NCBI GenBank assembly: GCA_964016885.1
Contig: OZ024756.1
Span: 27,156,001-27,220,000, forward strand
Length of the DNA: 64,000 nucleotides
Source: Eledone cirrhosa
Taxonomy: Eukaryota
Reading direction: 5' to 3'
Position 1 is the first letter of the stretch. Every line of letters starts with the position of its first letter. A program made the position numbers and the translations under genes. This document shows positions 1 to 13,544 of this stretch, piece by piece. The notes below the pieces were generated by a model that was not told the origin of the DNA, searched no databases, and saw only the letters and a list, made by a program, of their open reading frames with translations.

Positions 1-1985
1 TTTCATCCTATTACGGGATCTTCTGAAACTATATATTTAATTACATAATAAACAACACAATATAATTATTCCATTACATTTGGCAATGGTAATATTATAT
101 TGCGTTGTTTATTATGTAATTAAATAGCTCTGTACAATACATAGAGCACTCTTCTTTCATTTACCTTTTCTACAGAAATACTTAACATATATATAAATAT
201 ACACAAAATAACGAGAATGGATTGAAAATTCAAATTAGTAACGTTATGTTTCAAGCTCGATGTGTGTCAAAAATCAGCAAATAAATCGAACAGATTCATC
301 AAAGGTGAAATCCATATGGAATCAAGAATTAAAATATTGGATAAACTCTTCCGGTTTATTTTATGAGTGCTAATACACTGAGGAATTCTGAAGGGATTTA
401 AAACATTTCTATTCATCTTACACATGTTTCAGTTATAACAATGTTATCTTGATGCTCGGACGGTTTTTTTAAAGGAGATATCTCTCTTTCAAAATTTATT
501 TATGTATGTTTTTGGTTTCTTTGACCATATAAAGGAGACAAGAAATTATGTGTTCTTGTAGGTTATTCGGTTCTATTCGTATCTTAGTATAAGGTTCTGC
601 TCTTATGATAATTGTTTTTACTTTTGGCACAAGGCCAGCAATTACCCAGTGCATTACTGGTACTTTATTTTATCGACCCGGTAAGGATGAAAGGCAAAGT
701 TAACCTCGACGGGATTTGAACTCAGACCGTAAAGGGACGTAACTATGCTGGAAAGCATGGCGTCTGACCCTCTACCGATACTGCCAATTGACTGCTCTTA
801 TAATAATGTAGCTTAAGAAAATTCTTCAATTTACCATATTTCTTTGCATTTCATTTGTTGAAACGTGTAAGACCATTAAAATTGCCATATAAATTCCTAT
901 AGAATTCCTGGATATATTATATATTATAACTTACATTGGTTTATAATAATTTTGCTTTTTGTGAATAAAATAGTTTTAGGACAGTTTTGTTTAGCTGATT
1001 TTGAATACGATAAGTTTTTGTCTCAGATTAATTGCTAAGCACCACAAGCTGGAAATACCAGATTACTCATTTTGGGTTATTTTGGGAATGTCATCTAACA
1101 CATTAATTCTTTCTTTCACACTTTTCTGTTAATTTGAAATTGAATTAGAATGCACAATTATTTTTAAAGCTGATAAACTAGTTAGTTTCTTGTACTCAAA
1201 CAAACAAAATTAAAGGAGGGGCTCTGAAATGCTGTTGTTGGCCATATGGAAAAAATATATGCCTGTCATATGCCAATTACGAAACTATAGAGAAAGTTAT
1301 AGAAGTAATTAAAAGAAACGAACGTATTATGTGCATATCTGATAGAAAAGACTAAAAGAAATAGAAATGATGTTTATATTTGATAGAAGAGATTGTTGCA
1401 AGGCTCATACTTCATAGGCTGACCATGAGGGAGTAATGCTAGAGCTGTGAAATCTTGCACACATTAATTTCAACACTTCTTATTAATAATAACATTGTTT
1501 CTTTCCAGGGACTATGTTGGAAAATAAACCTCATTTGGTCATTCCATAAGAGTATCTTGCTCAGCCTATGAAAGTTTCAGCTGACACACGTATATCGTCA
1601 ATAAATGAACTGAGCCTTTTACTGAAGCTTTATATAAAAAAAATATTCCCCTTATATTTGCTCAACATTTCTTTCTACTATGCCAGCTATTCTTTGACTA
1701 TTAGTGTTTATTTCTGAGGATAGAGCATAGTTTTCTATATTGAAAGAGTCTATATTGGAATTCCGAATTCATTTTTGGTATTGCCGGCATTTGTAAAATC
1801 AGATACCGCTCTCTTACACATGCTAAACATATGTCTACAAGAAACAGGATTCATAACATTTTTTAATAATCGTTTTATTGCATTCAACTTGATTTTCGTC
1901 GTTTTTTTGAGCTTTTTGCTAAAGGTTTGCATGAATAAATATTCTCATTATATCTGCGAAGTATTTATTTATGTAATCATATACG

Positions 1986-2016
<31 letters not shown>

Positions 2017-2019
2017 TTA

Positions 2020-2270
2020 TTTTATTTTATAGAAGGAGCTTCTACAGGACTAGTACTGTTTCATTCAGATGAAATCTTTAGGAAGCTGGGTGTCATATTA
2101 AGTTCTGGGTGTCATATTAAGTCCAGAACTTAATATGACACCCAGCTTCCTGAAGATTTCATCTGAATGAAACAGTACTAGTCCTGTAGAAGCTCCTTCT
2201 ATAAAATAAAAAAATTTTACTCTGCCATGTATTGAGTACCTTACTTACTGTGGTTATCCCCGGGACCTAC
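2020..2270 (+). mobile_element. Foldback (inverted-repeat) PLE-derived element in (TA)n
   Basis: Arms ~2020-2107 / 2124-2213 with duplicated junction, then unique tail actctgccatgtattgagtacc. Confidence 0.65.
2144..2194 (+). ncRNA. Hammerhead ribozyme-like motif in foldback element (weak stem I)
   Basis: CTGAAGA-tttcatctgaat-GAAAC-agtacta-GTC; related copies at 51714-51760 and ~63095-63125(-). Confidence 0.5.
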
Positions 2271-2448
2271 GTATACTTTAACTTTAATTATATCTCATAA
2301 AATAATACAACTGGTTTTTCCACATTATACATGTTGTTAGCACCCCAAACACCTAAATTGGGTTTATATTTTAATATAACCTAATGTTTGTTGAGTGAGA
2401 TGGTTACCAGTCAGAGAATAGCTTTAAACTATCTCTGTTATTGTATTA

Positions 2449-2485
<37 letters not shown>

Positions 2486-2501
2486 GTATATAAGTTTTTA
2501 G

Positions 2502-2543
2502 ACCAGCTGAGGATCCGAATAAGGTGAAACATTTGTTCTCGGT
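2502..2543 (+). ncRNA. Hammerhead ribozyme-like motif (degenerate)
   Basis: CTGAGGA-tccgaataaggt-GAAAC-attt-GTT. Confidence 0.45.
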
Positions 2544-2666
2544 ATTGTGAACTAACTATTGTGGAACTACTTTTACCAAACTCGTCCCATGGACTGAGTG
2601 CTCTACTACTACGGATATAACCCAGTGTTCTACTATTATATATATATATATGTGTGTGTGTGTGTA

Positions 2667-2838
<172 letters not shown>

Positions 2839-3145
2839 CGTGTGATATATAAAAGGCAGTTGTAGTTTGCTTGTAGCATTATGTAAAGTGTAGTGTATTT
2901 TTTAAAAAGACAAGGGAAATGCGAATGAGGCATTAAATACTACAAACAAAGATGTCAGAATATTGCGCTGAAGTTTTATTAATTGTACAGCAAAAGAGAG
3001 TCATAAGATATCCTACTCCTAATTATATTTCAACAATTCTTTATATAATGACAGGATTTTATCGGAAGGGAACATTCCAACATCTGTTTGATAATTATTC
3101 TTAACATTTAATGCCACAATTGCATTCCTACTAGAGCTGTCTAAC

Positions 3146-3176
<31 letters not shown>

Positions 3177-3294
3177 ATGCTTTTGGAGGGTCATGTTGCC
3201 AATAAGAAACACACGCACCACTTGCTTTCACTCCAATTTATTATAAATTAAATTTATAAATTTCCGGTTGGTTGGTTGGTTCCTCAACTGGACG

Positions 3295-3337
3295 GTCAAA
3301 GTTCTTTCGTCACACATTCTGTGACCTCTTCAGTGAC
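3295..3337 (-). ncRNA. Minimal type I hammerhead ribozyme
   Basis: minus: gtca-CTGAAGA-g-gtcaca(gaatg)tgtgac-GAAAG-aa-CTT-tgac; perfect stems I and II. Confidence 0.7.
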
Positions 3338-3697
3338 TGGAGATTCTTTTTTTTTTTTTTTGTGCCTCTCCTTTGTTCTGTCCTACGCCATCTTGTTTTT
3401 GTGTGTGTTGTGTGCTTAGTTTGCGCATGTGTTACATCCGGGTGTCTGTGTGTGTTTTTATTTGTTTATTTATTTGTTTATTTACATGTTTATTCTTATT
3501 GGCAACATGACCCTCCCAAAGTATAACAATATCGGTTTCAAGACACGTTTTCAGATAAAGAATCATGCTAAACAAATTCAGAAACGAAATATATATATAT
3601 ATATATATATATAGGGAAATGTTCAAGACCCCGACGGCAGAGCTCAAGCCGTTTCGAAGGCTAATGGTCCACCTGGGTCCTTACCACACTTCCTTCG

Positions 3698-3747
<50 letters not shown>

Positions 3748-3751
<4 letters not shown>

Positions 3752-4220
3752 GGAAAAAATGAAACGAAATTTCATTTCCCACTCTTAGTACGGCTGTTAC
3801 TTAAATATAAGTATGTACACGTACATACATATATGTTTGTTTACAAACACACCGAGCATTGTAATAAATGTTCAGTAAATCCATACGTACATATATATAT
3901 GTGTGCATGTATGTATATATATATATACATACTACTGTACGTCTGTATACATATATGTATGTACGTGTACATACTTATATTTAAATAACAGCCGTACTAA
4001 GAGTGGGAAATGAAATTTCGTTTCATTTTTTCCGTTTATCGTTTTTGATACACCCGGCCGATTTACCCACTCGATATGCAAATTGGGCTACTCAGCCGTT
4101 AATATGCATAAGGTAAGTATATACGTTCAACAATTCTGGCAGGAAGGTATACGTTGCTGATGATAGCTAATAATCTTGAAACTAGTACAGCGTTCCTTTG
4201 TCAGTGTTGAACAAACGAGC
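3748..4220 (+). mobile_element. Hammerhead-bearing foldback element, family shared with 35378-36012
   Basis: Inverted arms 3748-3835 / ~3950-4038; shared segments with 35625-36010. Confidence 0.7.
4152..4192 (+). ncRNA. Minimal type I hammerhead ribozyme
   Basis: cgttg-CTGATGA-tagctaataatctt-GAAAC-ta-GTA-cagcg; palindromic ACTAGT stem III. Confidence 0.65.
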
Positions 4221-4895
4221 AACGATATTCCTACTGCAGTAGTTGCGCAATTTTCCATTGTACTCTATTACGCGCTTTTACTGTGTATCGTACACCCATT
4301 GCAGGGTGTACTAAATACATTATTTATAGAGCAACGCTGCGTTCTTTGGGCTTCAATAATGATTTCTACTATAAACACAAGACCAGTAATTTGAGGGCAG
4401 GGGAAAGTCTATTACATCGACCCCAGTACATTACTGGTGCTTTATTTTATCGACCCCGTAAGGATGAAAGGCAAAGTTAACCTCGGTGGGATTTGAACTC
4501 AGACTGTAAAGGGACGTAACTATGCTAGAAAGCATGGCGTCCAACCCTCTACCGATATTGCCAACATAATAAAAGCTAAATGGCAAGGGCCGTAACTCTA
4601 TGCTGCAAAGCATGGTGTCTGACTCTCTACCGATACTGCCAATCGCCTGTCCTCTTTGGGCTTCAATAATAACACACATACATTCACATAAGCCCACACA
4701 AAAACACACACACACACACATATGCGCACACACACGTATGCACGCACATATACATATAGAGAAAGACTGGTTTAGACCAGTTTAGACTAGTATAAACATT
4801 GTTCAGATTAGTAATCGATACTTAAGAAAGCAGAGTGTATAGAAATAGGTAAAATCTTGACCGCAGCGCCAAGTGTGTGTATGTGTGTATGTATG

Positions 4896-4979
<84 letters not shown>

Positions 4980-5138
4980 TGCCTACACACACATATATAT
5001 ATATATACATATGTATATATATATATACACACACATATATACACATACATGCATATATACATACGCATATACATACACTTATACACACACATATATATAT
5101 ACATACACATATACATACATATACATCTACATACATAT

Positions 5139-5192
<54 letters not shown>

Positions 5193-5300
5193 TTTTTTTT
5201 CTTTTTTCTTTTTATTTATTTATTATTATTATTATTTTTTTTTTCTTTCTCCTCGTGCAATGGCCATACTCGATAACGAGGGGGTAGCCATCATCATATA

Positions 5301-5368
<68 letters not shown>

Positions 5369-5875
5369 CATATAGAGCCAATGAGTTGTTAGAAATGAAG
5401 GTTAGAAATAAAAGAAGAGAGAGTTACATAGTATTGGGTCGTCAAGTATGAAATTTGTAAAAAAAAAACAAAAACCATATGTCTCTCTACAAATTTCATA
5501 GTTGACGACCCATCATTTATATTTCTTTGCAGCTTCGCACATAATGTTGTCTTCGTTTTTTTTTTTTTTTAAATCTTTCTCTGTTTAAAATTTATATAAT
5601 TTATAATAGTTAATATCAAGCAATAGCAGAGACAAGAATAGAATATACAACAACAACAACAATACATTAGTAACAACTGTACAAACGATATTATAAACGT
5701 AAGAAAAACAACAATGACAATAATAATAATAAAAAAAAATGAAAAAAAAAAATAATATATGTGAAAATAGAAAATACAAAAAAAAAATACAAAAAATACA
5801 AAAAAAAAATAATACAAAAATAATACAAATACAAAAAAAAACAAAACAATAGAAGACAAATCCGAAGTATCTTAC

Positions 5876-5985
5876 ATATTGCGATTGGTCTCGTTCTGAA
5901 TCTTTCGAGCCAACATATTCATAGACAAAGCAGATATTAGGATGGTCCAAGACTGAATAGTTGTTACCAACATCAACGAACAGAG
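5876..5985 (-). CDS. ITPR: ITPR-like exon (last found): ALFVDVGNNYSVLDHPNICFVYEYVGSKDSERDQSQY
   Basis: ggtacag / gtaaga; phase 1 in matches previous exon; 110 nt. Confidence 0.87.
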
Positions 5986-6174
5986 CTGTACCGGAGAAAA
6001 GAATAGAATAGAATAGAATAGAACCTAACGTAGAAGATGGACGTTAATCGATAATGATGATGGTGGTTATGATGATGCTGGTTATGATGATGATATATAA
6101 ATAAATAAATAAATATATATATATATATATATACAACCCGCCCGTCCCCTCAATCTATCTTATTTCTCATTCTT

Positions 6175-6210
6175 TCTTCTGATGAAGGACTAGCGTCCGA
6201 AACGTTAAGA
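6175..6210 (+). ncRNA. Minimal type I hammerhead ribozyme
   Basis: tctt-CTGATGA-a-ggac(tagc)gtcc-GAAAC-GTT-aaga; palindromic AACGTT. Confidence 0.75.
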
Positions 6211-6284
6211 CCCTCATCCTGCGTTAACTTAATATATCCCTTCCATATACTGTACCGATTGTGCTGTTATTTTTGTTTACCTTT

Positions 6285-6339
<55 letters not shown>

Positions 6340-6467
6340 TGAGTAATATTAAATATTACTCAGTTACAAGTATGAATATAGCTTGATGTAATATATCAAG
6401 TATAATACAGAGCTGAATGTTCCTGAAATAAAGTTTAGATCCTATATTTGTATTTAACTCTTGTAAT

Positions 6468-6514
6468 AACTCTGAAGAATCCATTTTTGTGCTAGGATGA
6501 AACGGTCGTTAGTT
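6468..6514 (+). ncRNA. Minimal type I hammerhead ribozyme
   Basis: aact-CTGAAGA-atcc(12 nt)ggat-GAAAC-ggtc-GTT-agtt. Confidence 0.7.
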
Positions 6515-6935
6515 TTTAAATGTTTGAAACATTAAATACTCTTTGATTACGGGGTCGATAAAATAAAGTACCAGTAATACACTGGATTGCTGGCCTTGTG
6601 CCAAAAGTAGAAACAATTATTTACATTGTGTGTATATATATATATACATACACAATGTAAATAATTGTTTCTATTTTATATATATATATATTGATATAGA
6701 TACAGTAAAAAATTGTTTAGACCACCACTCGATGCTTGGGGTAGTAGAGTATAGTTATATGAAAGAGTTGGGACCCCAACAGCTGAGCTCTTGCCGTTTC
6801 AATGGCTAGTTCCTGGTCTGGAACTAGATGTTGAAACGGCAAGAGCTCAGCCGCCGGTGCCCCAACTCTTTCATGTGTGTGTGCATTAACATATCGATAG
6901 ACAAGGGTGTTATTCCAAGGATACCTGAAACTTAC

Positions 6936-7068
6936 CTATGATTAGTTCGCAGTATTTGGCTCTAATGGCGTCTGGTAACAATTCTGATTGTAGACAGAGA
7001 AAACAATCTTCCCACGTGACATAACCATATTCTCGTGTAATTACGTGGATTGCAAAATCGTTGCGTCC
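6936..7068 (-). CDS. ITPR: ITPR-like exon: GRNDFAIHVITREYGYVTWEDCFLCLQSELLPDAIRAKYCELII
   Basis: taaaag / gtaagt; like 'DRQYLAI...LPYDLRASFCRLM'; 133 nt. Confidence 0.92.
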
Positions 7069-7643
7069 CTTTTAATATAGAAGATTGAAAATGAATGGGG
7101 AAGTCATAAGTCATACGTAACTAGAAGATCACTGAGTGTAACATATTCTAAAACATAACACCTAATGTTACGTGATGAACTTGATAACTGTTACGTAAAA
7201 ATTAGATATAGTATCATATATATTTCAATTTCAATGTGTATATACATATATACATATATGGTATGATATGGTCCCGTAACTCCTGATGGAGTCGTAGGGG
7301 CGGCGCATTGACATACGGCGTTTCTTGGGCATCTTAAGCCTGACAGAGCCGATCCCTCTCCAGGCTTGAGTGCAGCAGATTTCTTCCAGAGAAGGAAAGA
7401 GAGTAAGTGCGAAAGAGATAGAGAGGAAGAATCGATCCCCAGTATTAGACTGGTACTTTTTTTTTTTATCAACCTTGAAAAGATGAAAGGTAAAGTTGAC
7501 CTCAGCGGGATTTCAACTCAGAGAAAGCAGCGAGCCAGAACGAATACCACAAGGCATTCTATCAGACGTTCTAACAACTTTCTAACTTTCTAACGATTCT
7601 GCCAATTCGCCGCCCTATATGTATATGTGCCTATGGAGTGAGT

Positions 7644-7726
<83 letters not shown>

Positions 7727-7843
7727 AGTATGTGTGTGAGTGATTATGTGTGAGTGAGTATGTGTGTGAGTGAGTATGTGTCTGTGTGTGAATGAGTGAG
7801 TATGTGTGTGAGTGATTATGTGTGAGTGAGTATGTGTTTGAGT

Positions 7844-7891
<48 letters not shown>

Positions 7892-8281
7892 GAGCGAATA
7901 TGTGTGTGAGCGTGTATGTGTGTGAGCGTGTATGTGTGTGAGCGTGTATGTGTGTGAGCGAGTATATGTGTGAGCGTGTATGTGTATGAGTAAGTATGTG
8001 TGAGTGAATGTGTGTGAGTATGTGTGTGAGCGTGTATGTGTGTGTGTGTGTGTGTGTGAGCGTGTATGTGTGTGTGTGTGTGAGTGAGTGTATGTGTGTG
8101 TGTGTGAGTGAGTATGTGTGTGAGCGAGTATGTATGTGTGTGTGTGAGCGAGTATGTGTGTGTGTGTGAGCGAGTATGTGGGCGCGCTTATATGTGTAAT
8201 TTCGGTGAGACGGGCGAAGACCTCGATCGTGGTCATACTACAAACACAGCTAGTTATGTATAACGTTTAAAAAGTACTTAC

Positions 8282-8359
8282 AAAACTAAGGGCTTTGAAG
8301 AGGTCCAACTGATGTAAGAGAAACATGTATTTCTCTTCTACATAGTCATTACTTTCAGG
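8282..8359 (-). CDS. ITPR: ITPR-like exon: PESNDYVEEKYMFLLHQLDLFKALSF
   Basis: ctcttcag / gtaagt; like 'YYRYQLNLFARMCL'; 78 nt. Confidence 0.9.
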
Positions 8360-9102
8360 CTGAAGAGAAACGAGAAGTTATATCAATGATAAGAATGGTT
8401 TCTGATACAAGACCAACACTGTTTAGGGAAGGGAAAAGTTGATTAAATCCACCCCAGTGTATTACTGGTACTTTATTTTATCGACCATGTAAGGATGACA
8501 GGCAAAGCTATAACAATGGTTTCTGATTTAGACACAAGACCAACAATGTTTAGGGGAGGGGAAAGTTGATTAAATCCACCCCAGTGTATTACTGGTACTT
8601 TATTTTATCGACCCTCTAAGGGTGATAGGCAAAGCAATATCAATATCAATAATAATAATAGTTTCTGATTTAGGCACAAGGCCAACAATTTTTGGGGGAG
8701 AGGAAAGTCGATTAAATCGACCCCAGTGCGTGACTGGTACTTTGTTTTATCAACCCCTAAGGATGAAAGGCAAAGCTAACCCCGACGGGATTTGAACTCA
8801 GAACGTAAGGGGCCATAACTCTATACCGCGAAGCATGGTGTCTGATGCTCTACCGATACTGCCAATTTACCGAGGGTTTCTCATTTTTGGCATAAGACCA
8901 GCTATGTAAGGGAAGGGAAAATTTGGTTAAATCGACCCTAGTGCTTTACTGGTACTTTATTTCATCGATTCCGGGAGAATGAAAAGCAAAGGGGACCTCA
9001 TTGTAAAATAGATAAATATGCAAATAAATGAGGAAAGAATGAAAAGAAAAAGAATTGAAAGAAGAAAGGATGTAAAGAAGGGAGAAAGCATAATTTGCTT
9101 AC

Positions 9103-9213
9103 GTTGACAAAACTGTGTAAAGGCACCCATGAATTACCTCCATCCACTGATACATACACAATATTAGGTCTTTTGTTGATGTTTTGTCCTCGGTCCATTA
9201 TGTAGACACTGTC
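9103..9213 (-). CDS. ITPR: ITPR-like exon: DSVYIMDRGQNINKRPNIVYVSVDGGNSWVPLHSFVN
   Basis: ctttacag / gtaagc; phase 0/0; 111 nt. Confidence 0.85.
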
Positions 9214-10974
9214 CTGTAAAGTAGATAGCTTTATTAATGAAATGGTGACGGTGTACCCAGTTCAACATATCAATAGTTAATCACTGAACTTTAGAAGAAG
9301 GGTAGATAACCCTCGATTAATGTAAGTTTCATTTTAAAGATAAATTACATACATATGAACATTGCTATTTAATAATACGGTACCTTAATATTTCATGATA
9401 TATCATTAATGTTGTAGTTATTTACGTAACACGAGGTCAACTCTGATCGAGAAGACTAGAATTGCATCATACAACCAGGAATGGATTTAGACCTTGGAGG
9501 GTCCCTCATACACAAAAAATTAGAATACACAGCAAACCTCTCAATTTTACATATCAAAGTTAGCTTGGCGCAAGTAATTAGAAGTGAAAGGTTATACATA
9601 CAAGTATTAAATTTAAAAAAATCTAACAAAAAAAGCTCAGCTGAGGACACAAATAAATTGCTACCGCCATTGTTGGTGGAATTTGCCCGGGGAAATTTCC
9701 GCCTCTGTCCCCCGCCCATTAAATCTGGCCCTGCATAAAATAGACCCTTCTATAAATAGTAGGAAGTAGTTTAAGGAAGACTTGGTTTGCGACCAGTAGA
9801 TAGTATCACTAACGGAAAGACTAATAGAAACCGTGTTTCCTTGAGCCGATTTGACGTGTTCCACTTCACTCAGAAAGTGAATGAGGTCTGGGATCTTGTC
9901 AATTGATTTGATCAATCTATCGACCAAGTGATCGCATAAACATTGTCAAACTCTCGTTCGTGGGTGAAGATCGCATAAACATTGTCAAACTCTCGTTCGT
10001 GGGTGAAATTTCGTTCGCATTCAGATTTCAAGTCCCCCCCCCCCCCACTGAACACACACGTCTGTAAAAAGCCCATAAACCCGGTTTAAACTTTAAGACC
10101 AAAATAAAGAAGCACTGTAGGTCAAAACTTAACAGATTTTCAGAAGAGTCATTCTATCAACACAATGTCAACGACAGTGGGGCTGGAAAATAGAATCATT
10201 GGAAGTCGAATACAAGAGACCAAAATGAAAATACAATGCAAGCACGGAGTTACATTGCATATAGGGAACGGGCGAAGACTTCAAAAACATCACCTTTGTC
10301 CGTTCCGTTGTTATTTCAATTTGGATTGCCTCGGAAGCCTAACCTTTTTATGCAATAAGCTGTCTGATGAGATCATGGCACTGGGTACGCGGAATCGCGT
10401 GGACACTGTCGTCATTGAAATATGTATTACGGCCTTATCAATAAAGGATTTTAACATCTGAAACTACTTCGCATTTTCTTATTCCATATATATATATATA
10501 TATATATATAGATAGATATACATATGGAATATGTATATAAATATGTAATATGATATTTTGTAACTAACCTTACATAGATCGATAACGAAGTATAGTTACA
10601 ATGTACTATCATCACCTAGAAACGACCGTAAAGCAGTGAAGTATATTTCTAATGACTTGATTTTTTATTTCATTGTTTTAACTTATATATATATACACAC
10701 ACACATACAGTTATGCTTATGTCCTGTCCAAAGATGCTGGATAGTGAATCGGTTTCGAGATACAGAGTTTAATTGCAAATAAACCTACATTAATGTCTAA
10801 GAAACATTCGCGGAGAAACAGTGACGACGTTGAGCCGAGCAAGATTTATTACTTTGGCTCTGCCAATATTATTTTGCCATATCTGTGGATATAACTGTAC
10901 CAGTGACTTTGATTTATAGTCTCATAAAAAAACAAGTCATCATTGATGGAGTGTCTTGATTATGTAACTAATAG

Positions 10975-11162
10975 GGCGGTGGATTGGCAGTATCGGTAGA
11001 GGGTCAGACGCCATGCTTTCCAGCATAGTTACGTCCCTTTACGATCTGAGTTCAAATCCCGCCGAGGTTGACTTTGCCTTTCATCCTTACGGGGTCGATA
11101 AAATAAAGTACCAGTAATGCACTGGGTAATTGCTGGCCTTGTGCCTAAAGTAGAAACAATTA
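10975..11162 (+). mobile_element. Full-length tRNA-derived SINE (MetaSINE/Sauria-like central domain); ~30 full or partial copies in window
   Basis: A box tggcagtatcgg, B box gttcaaatcc, core gaggttgactttgcctttcatccttacggggtcgataaaataaagtaccag. Other copies e.g. 610-795(-), 4375-4565(-), 8660-8870(-), 15220-15445(-), 21326-21472, 23637-23822, 24727-24902, 34294-34485(-), 37563-37742(-), 46245-46434, 48541-48728(-), 52657-52855, 58376-58592, 60847-61030(-). Confidence 0.85.
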
Positions 11163-11231
11163 TGTAACTAATTGGTATAACAATATCTCTGACATCAAGA
11201 TATACCTGATTAGGAGTGACTGCTGATATAT

Positions 11232-11353
<122 letters not shown>

Positions 11354-11647
11354 CATCATCATCGTTTAACGTCCATCTTCCACGCTAACATGGGTTAGAC
11401 GGTTTTGTTCCATTTGATACGGGAATGATCGGGAGACCGTGTCTAGCTCGTACGGAAGTGTCTCTTACAGCTGGATGCCCTTCCTAACACCAACCACATT
11501 TACAGTGTGGACTGGGAGCCTTTTTACCGTGTCTCCTACACGGTCACCTTACAGTGTGGACTGTTGTGTCATCGACACAGCGGACGCTACAGGAAAGGGA
11601 GGATGGGGTAGGGTGTTTGGGTGGGGTGTACATTGTATTAAGAGGTG

Positions 11648-11680
<33 letters not shown>

Positions 11681-11694
11681 CCTGTCATATATAA

Positions 11695-12264
11695 TCAGTC
11701 TGGTGAAATTTTCAGACGACATGGTGTTACTTAACTCAACAAAAGGTGATCTCAGACTTGCACTCAATAGATTTGATGCAGAGTGCTGCATGGCTGGGAT
11801 GAAAATATATGGTCCGAAAACCGAGACACTCCTCTCAAGGAATCCTGCACATTGCTCTCTACATGTAAATGGAGTTCCACTGAATGAGGGAGAGAAGTTC
11901 AAGCATATCGAGGCCTTGTTCACGAGTGGTGAAAAGCAGGAGGCTGAATTAAGTGCAAGAATTGCAGGAGCTGGTACAGTAATGTGCCGGCTTCAGCATT
12001 CTGAAGAAGGGAGGTAGGTGTAAAAGCCAAACTCACTATTTTCAATTCGGCATTTGTGCCAACCCTTTCCTATTGTCACAAATATTGGGTAATGACTGAA
12101 AGAATAAGACCGCGAACATAAGCGGCTGAAACGGGGTTCCTCCGAACGGTCCTTGGAGCAACGCTACTCGACAGAGTGCACAGCTCAGAGATCAGAGTCA
12201 CTCCAGGTAGGGCCGCTACTTCTCCAAATTGAGAGATCACAGCTCCAATACCAGGGCAATGTGG

Positions 12265-12265
<1 letters not shown>
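11695..12265 (+). mobile_element. RTE-clade LINE reverse transcriptase fragment (decayed)
   Basis: FSDDMVLL...GMKI..PKTETL...EKFKHI...ELSARIAGAG; downstream frameshifts and stops. Confidence 0.8.
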
Positions 12266-12359
<94 letters not shown>

Positions 12360-12417
12360 TATAAGAGGTGGTGCTGAAAAGTCCCTGGCTTAATCGCTTC
12401 CGATATATATATATATA

Positions 12418-13115
12418 TATCAAAATAAAGATCCGAAGGCATGGTATAAATTTCCAATCATTTTAATCACGACACATGTTTCAATAAGAGATAGATCGAT
12501 CGTGTAGCCATGATCGATTACCACTGATCTCGTCAGGTGAAAATGAATTGTCTTCAAATCCTTGATATGAGGGAGAAAATTAACGGTGTTCACTCACAGA
12601 GTTTAGTCCCTCATATGAAGATCAAGCAGTCAGAACACGGCGACTGCTATCGTCCTCATAGCATCAAATCTGTAGAACTATAGACGGTCACAGATTTGAT
12701 GCTATGCTGGTATACGTGTTCATATATTTTTCTTTGACCTCGCGTCGTGTGTATGTGAGTGTGTGTGTACCCACTCACATTAACTGTGACCGACTGTAAT
12801 TCTACAGATTTGATTGATGTCCAGCGTCTTTTACAGCTATTGGGAGATAGAGACTTGATAGTTTTATGACCCTAACTGAGGATGATAGCAGTCGCCGTGT
12901 TTTGACTGCTTGGTCTTCATATGAGGGACTAAACTCATGAGTGAACACAGTTAATTTTCTCCCTCATATCAAGGATTTGAAGACAATTCATTTTCACCTG
13001 ACGATATCAGTGATAATCAATCATGGCTACATGATCGATCTATCTCTTATTGAAACATGTGTCGTGATTAAAATGATTGGAAATTTATACCATGCCTTCG
13101 GATCTTTATTTTGAT
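12418..13115. mobile_element. Foldback element, ~240-bp arms, each with a hammerhead
   Basis: 12418-12658 is the near-identical reverse complement of 12878-13115; flanked by (TA)n. Confidence 0.75.
12994..13067 (+). ncRNA. Hammerhead ribozyme with extended stem II (mirror copy on minus strand ~12467-12540)
   Basis: tcac-CTGACGA-(~47 nt incl. hairpin)-GAAAC-atgt-GTC-gtga. Confidence 0.6.
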
Positions 13116-13253
13116 ACAAACACTCCGTTTTACATCATCTAGCTGTTCCCATAAATGGAATTGGAGATATACAAAAGAGTGGAGAACTTAATATTGCTAA
13201 CAAAAATTTATTGGACCGTTTGACACAACCAATAATACACCTTACTATATAAC

Positions 13254-13290
<37 letters not shown>

Positions 13291-13544
13291 AGTATATACA
13301 TGTGTATATATATAACATTGTAAAAAATTTAATATGTAAATTGTGATTCATATACACATGAAAAAAGAAAGAAAAGGGCATAAAATAAACCATGAAAATA
13401 AACCATAGCAACAAAAGATAAACAATACACAACCATCAAACCGAACTAAATATACGAAGCGAAAACAAATGAAGAAGCTTTATAAAGTGCAATATATGAT
13501 TCCTTAATGAAATTAATATTCTATCATTAGCGGCATTCCAATAA

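Noticed and set aside
240-410. Degenerate hammerhead-like cores (ttgatga...gaaac on minus; ctgagga...taaaac on plus), also 29657-29695
   Set aside because: Core or stems broken; at most relics, not counted.
1750-2032. Short ORFs as a possible next ITPR exon
   Set aside because: No ITPR-like motif and no convincing splice sites.
10975-11070. tRNA genes
   Set aside because: A/B boxes belong to SINE heads; no canonical cloverleaf.
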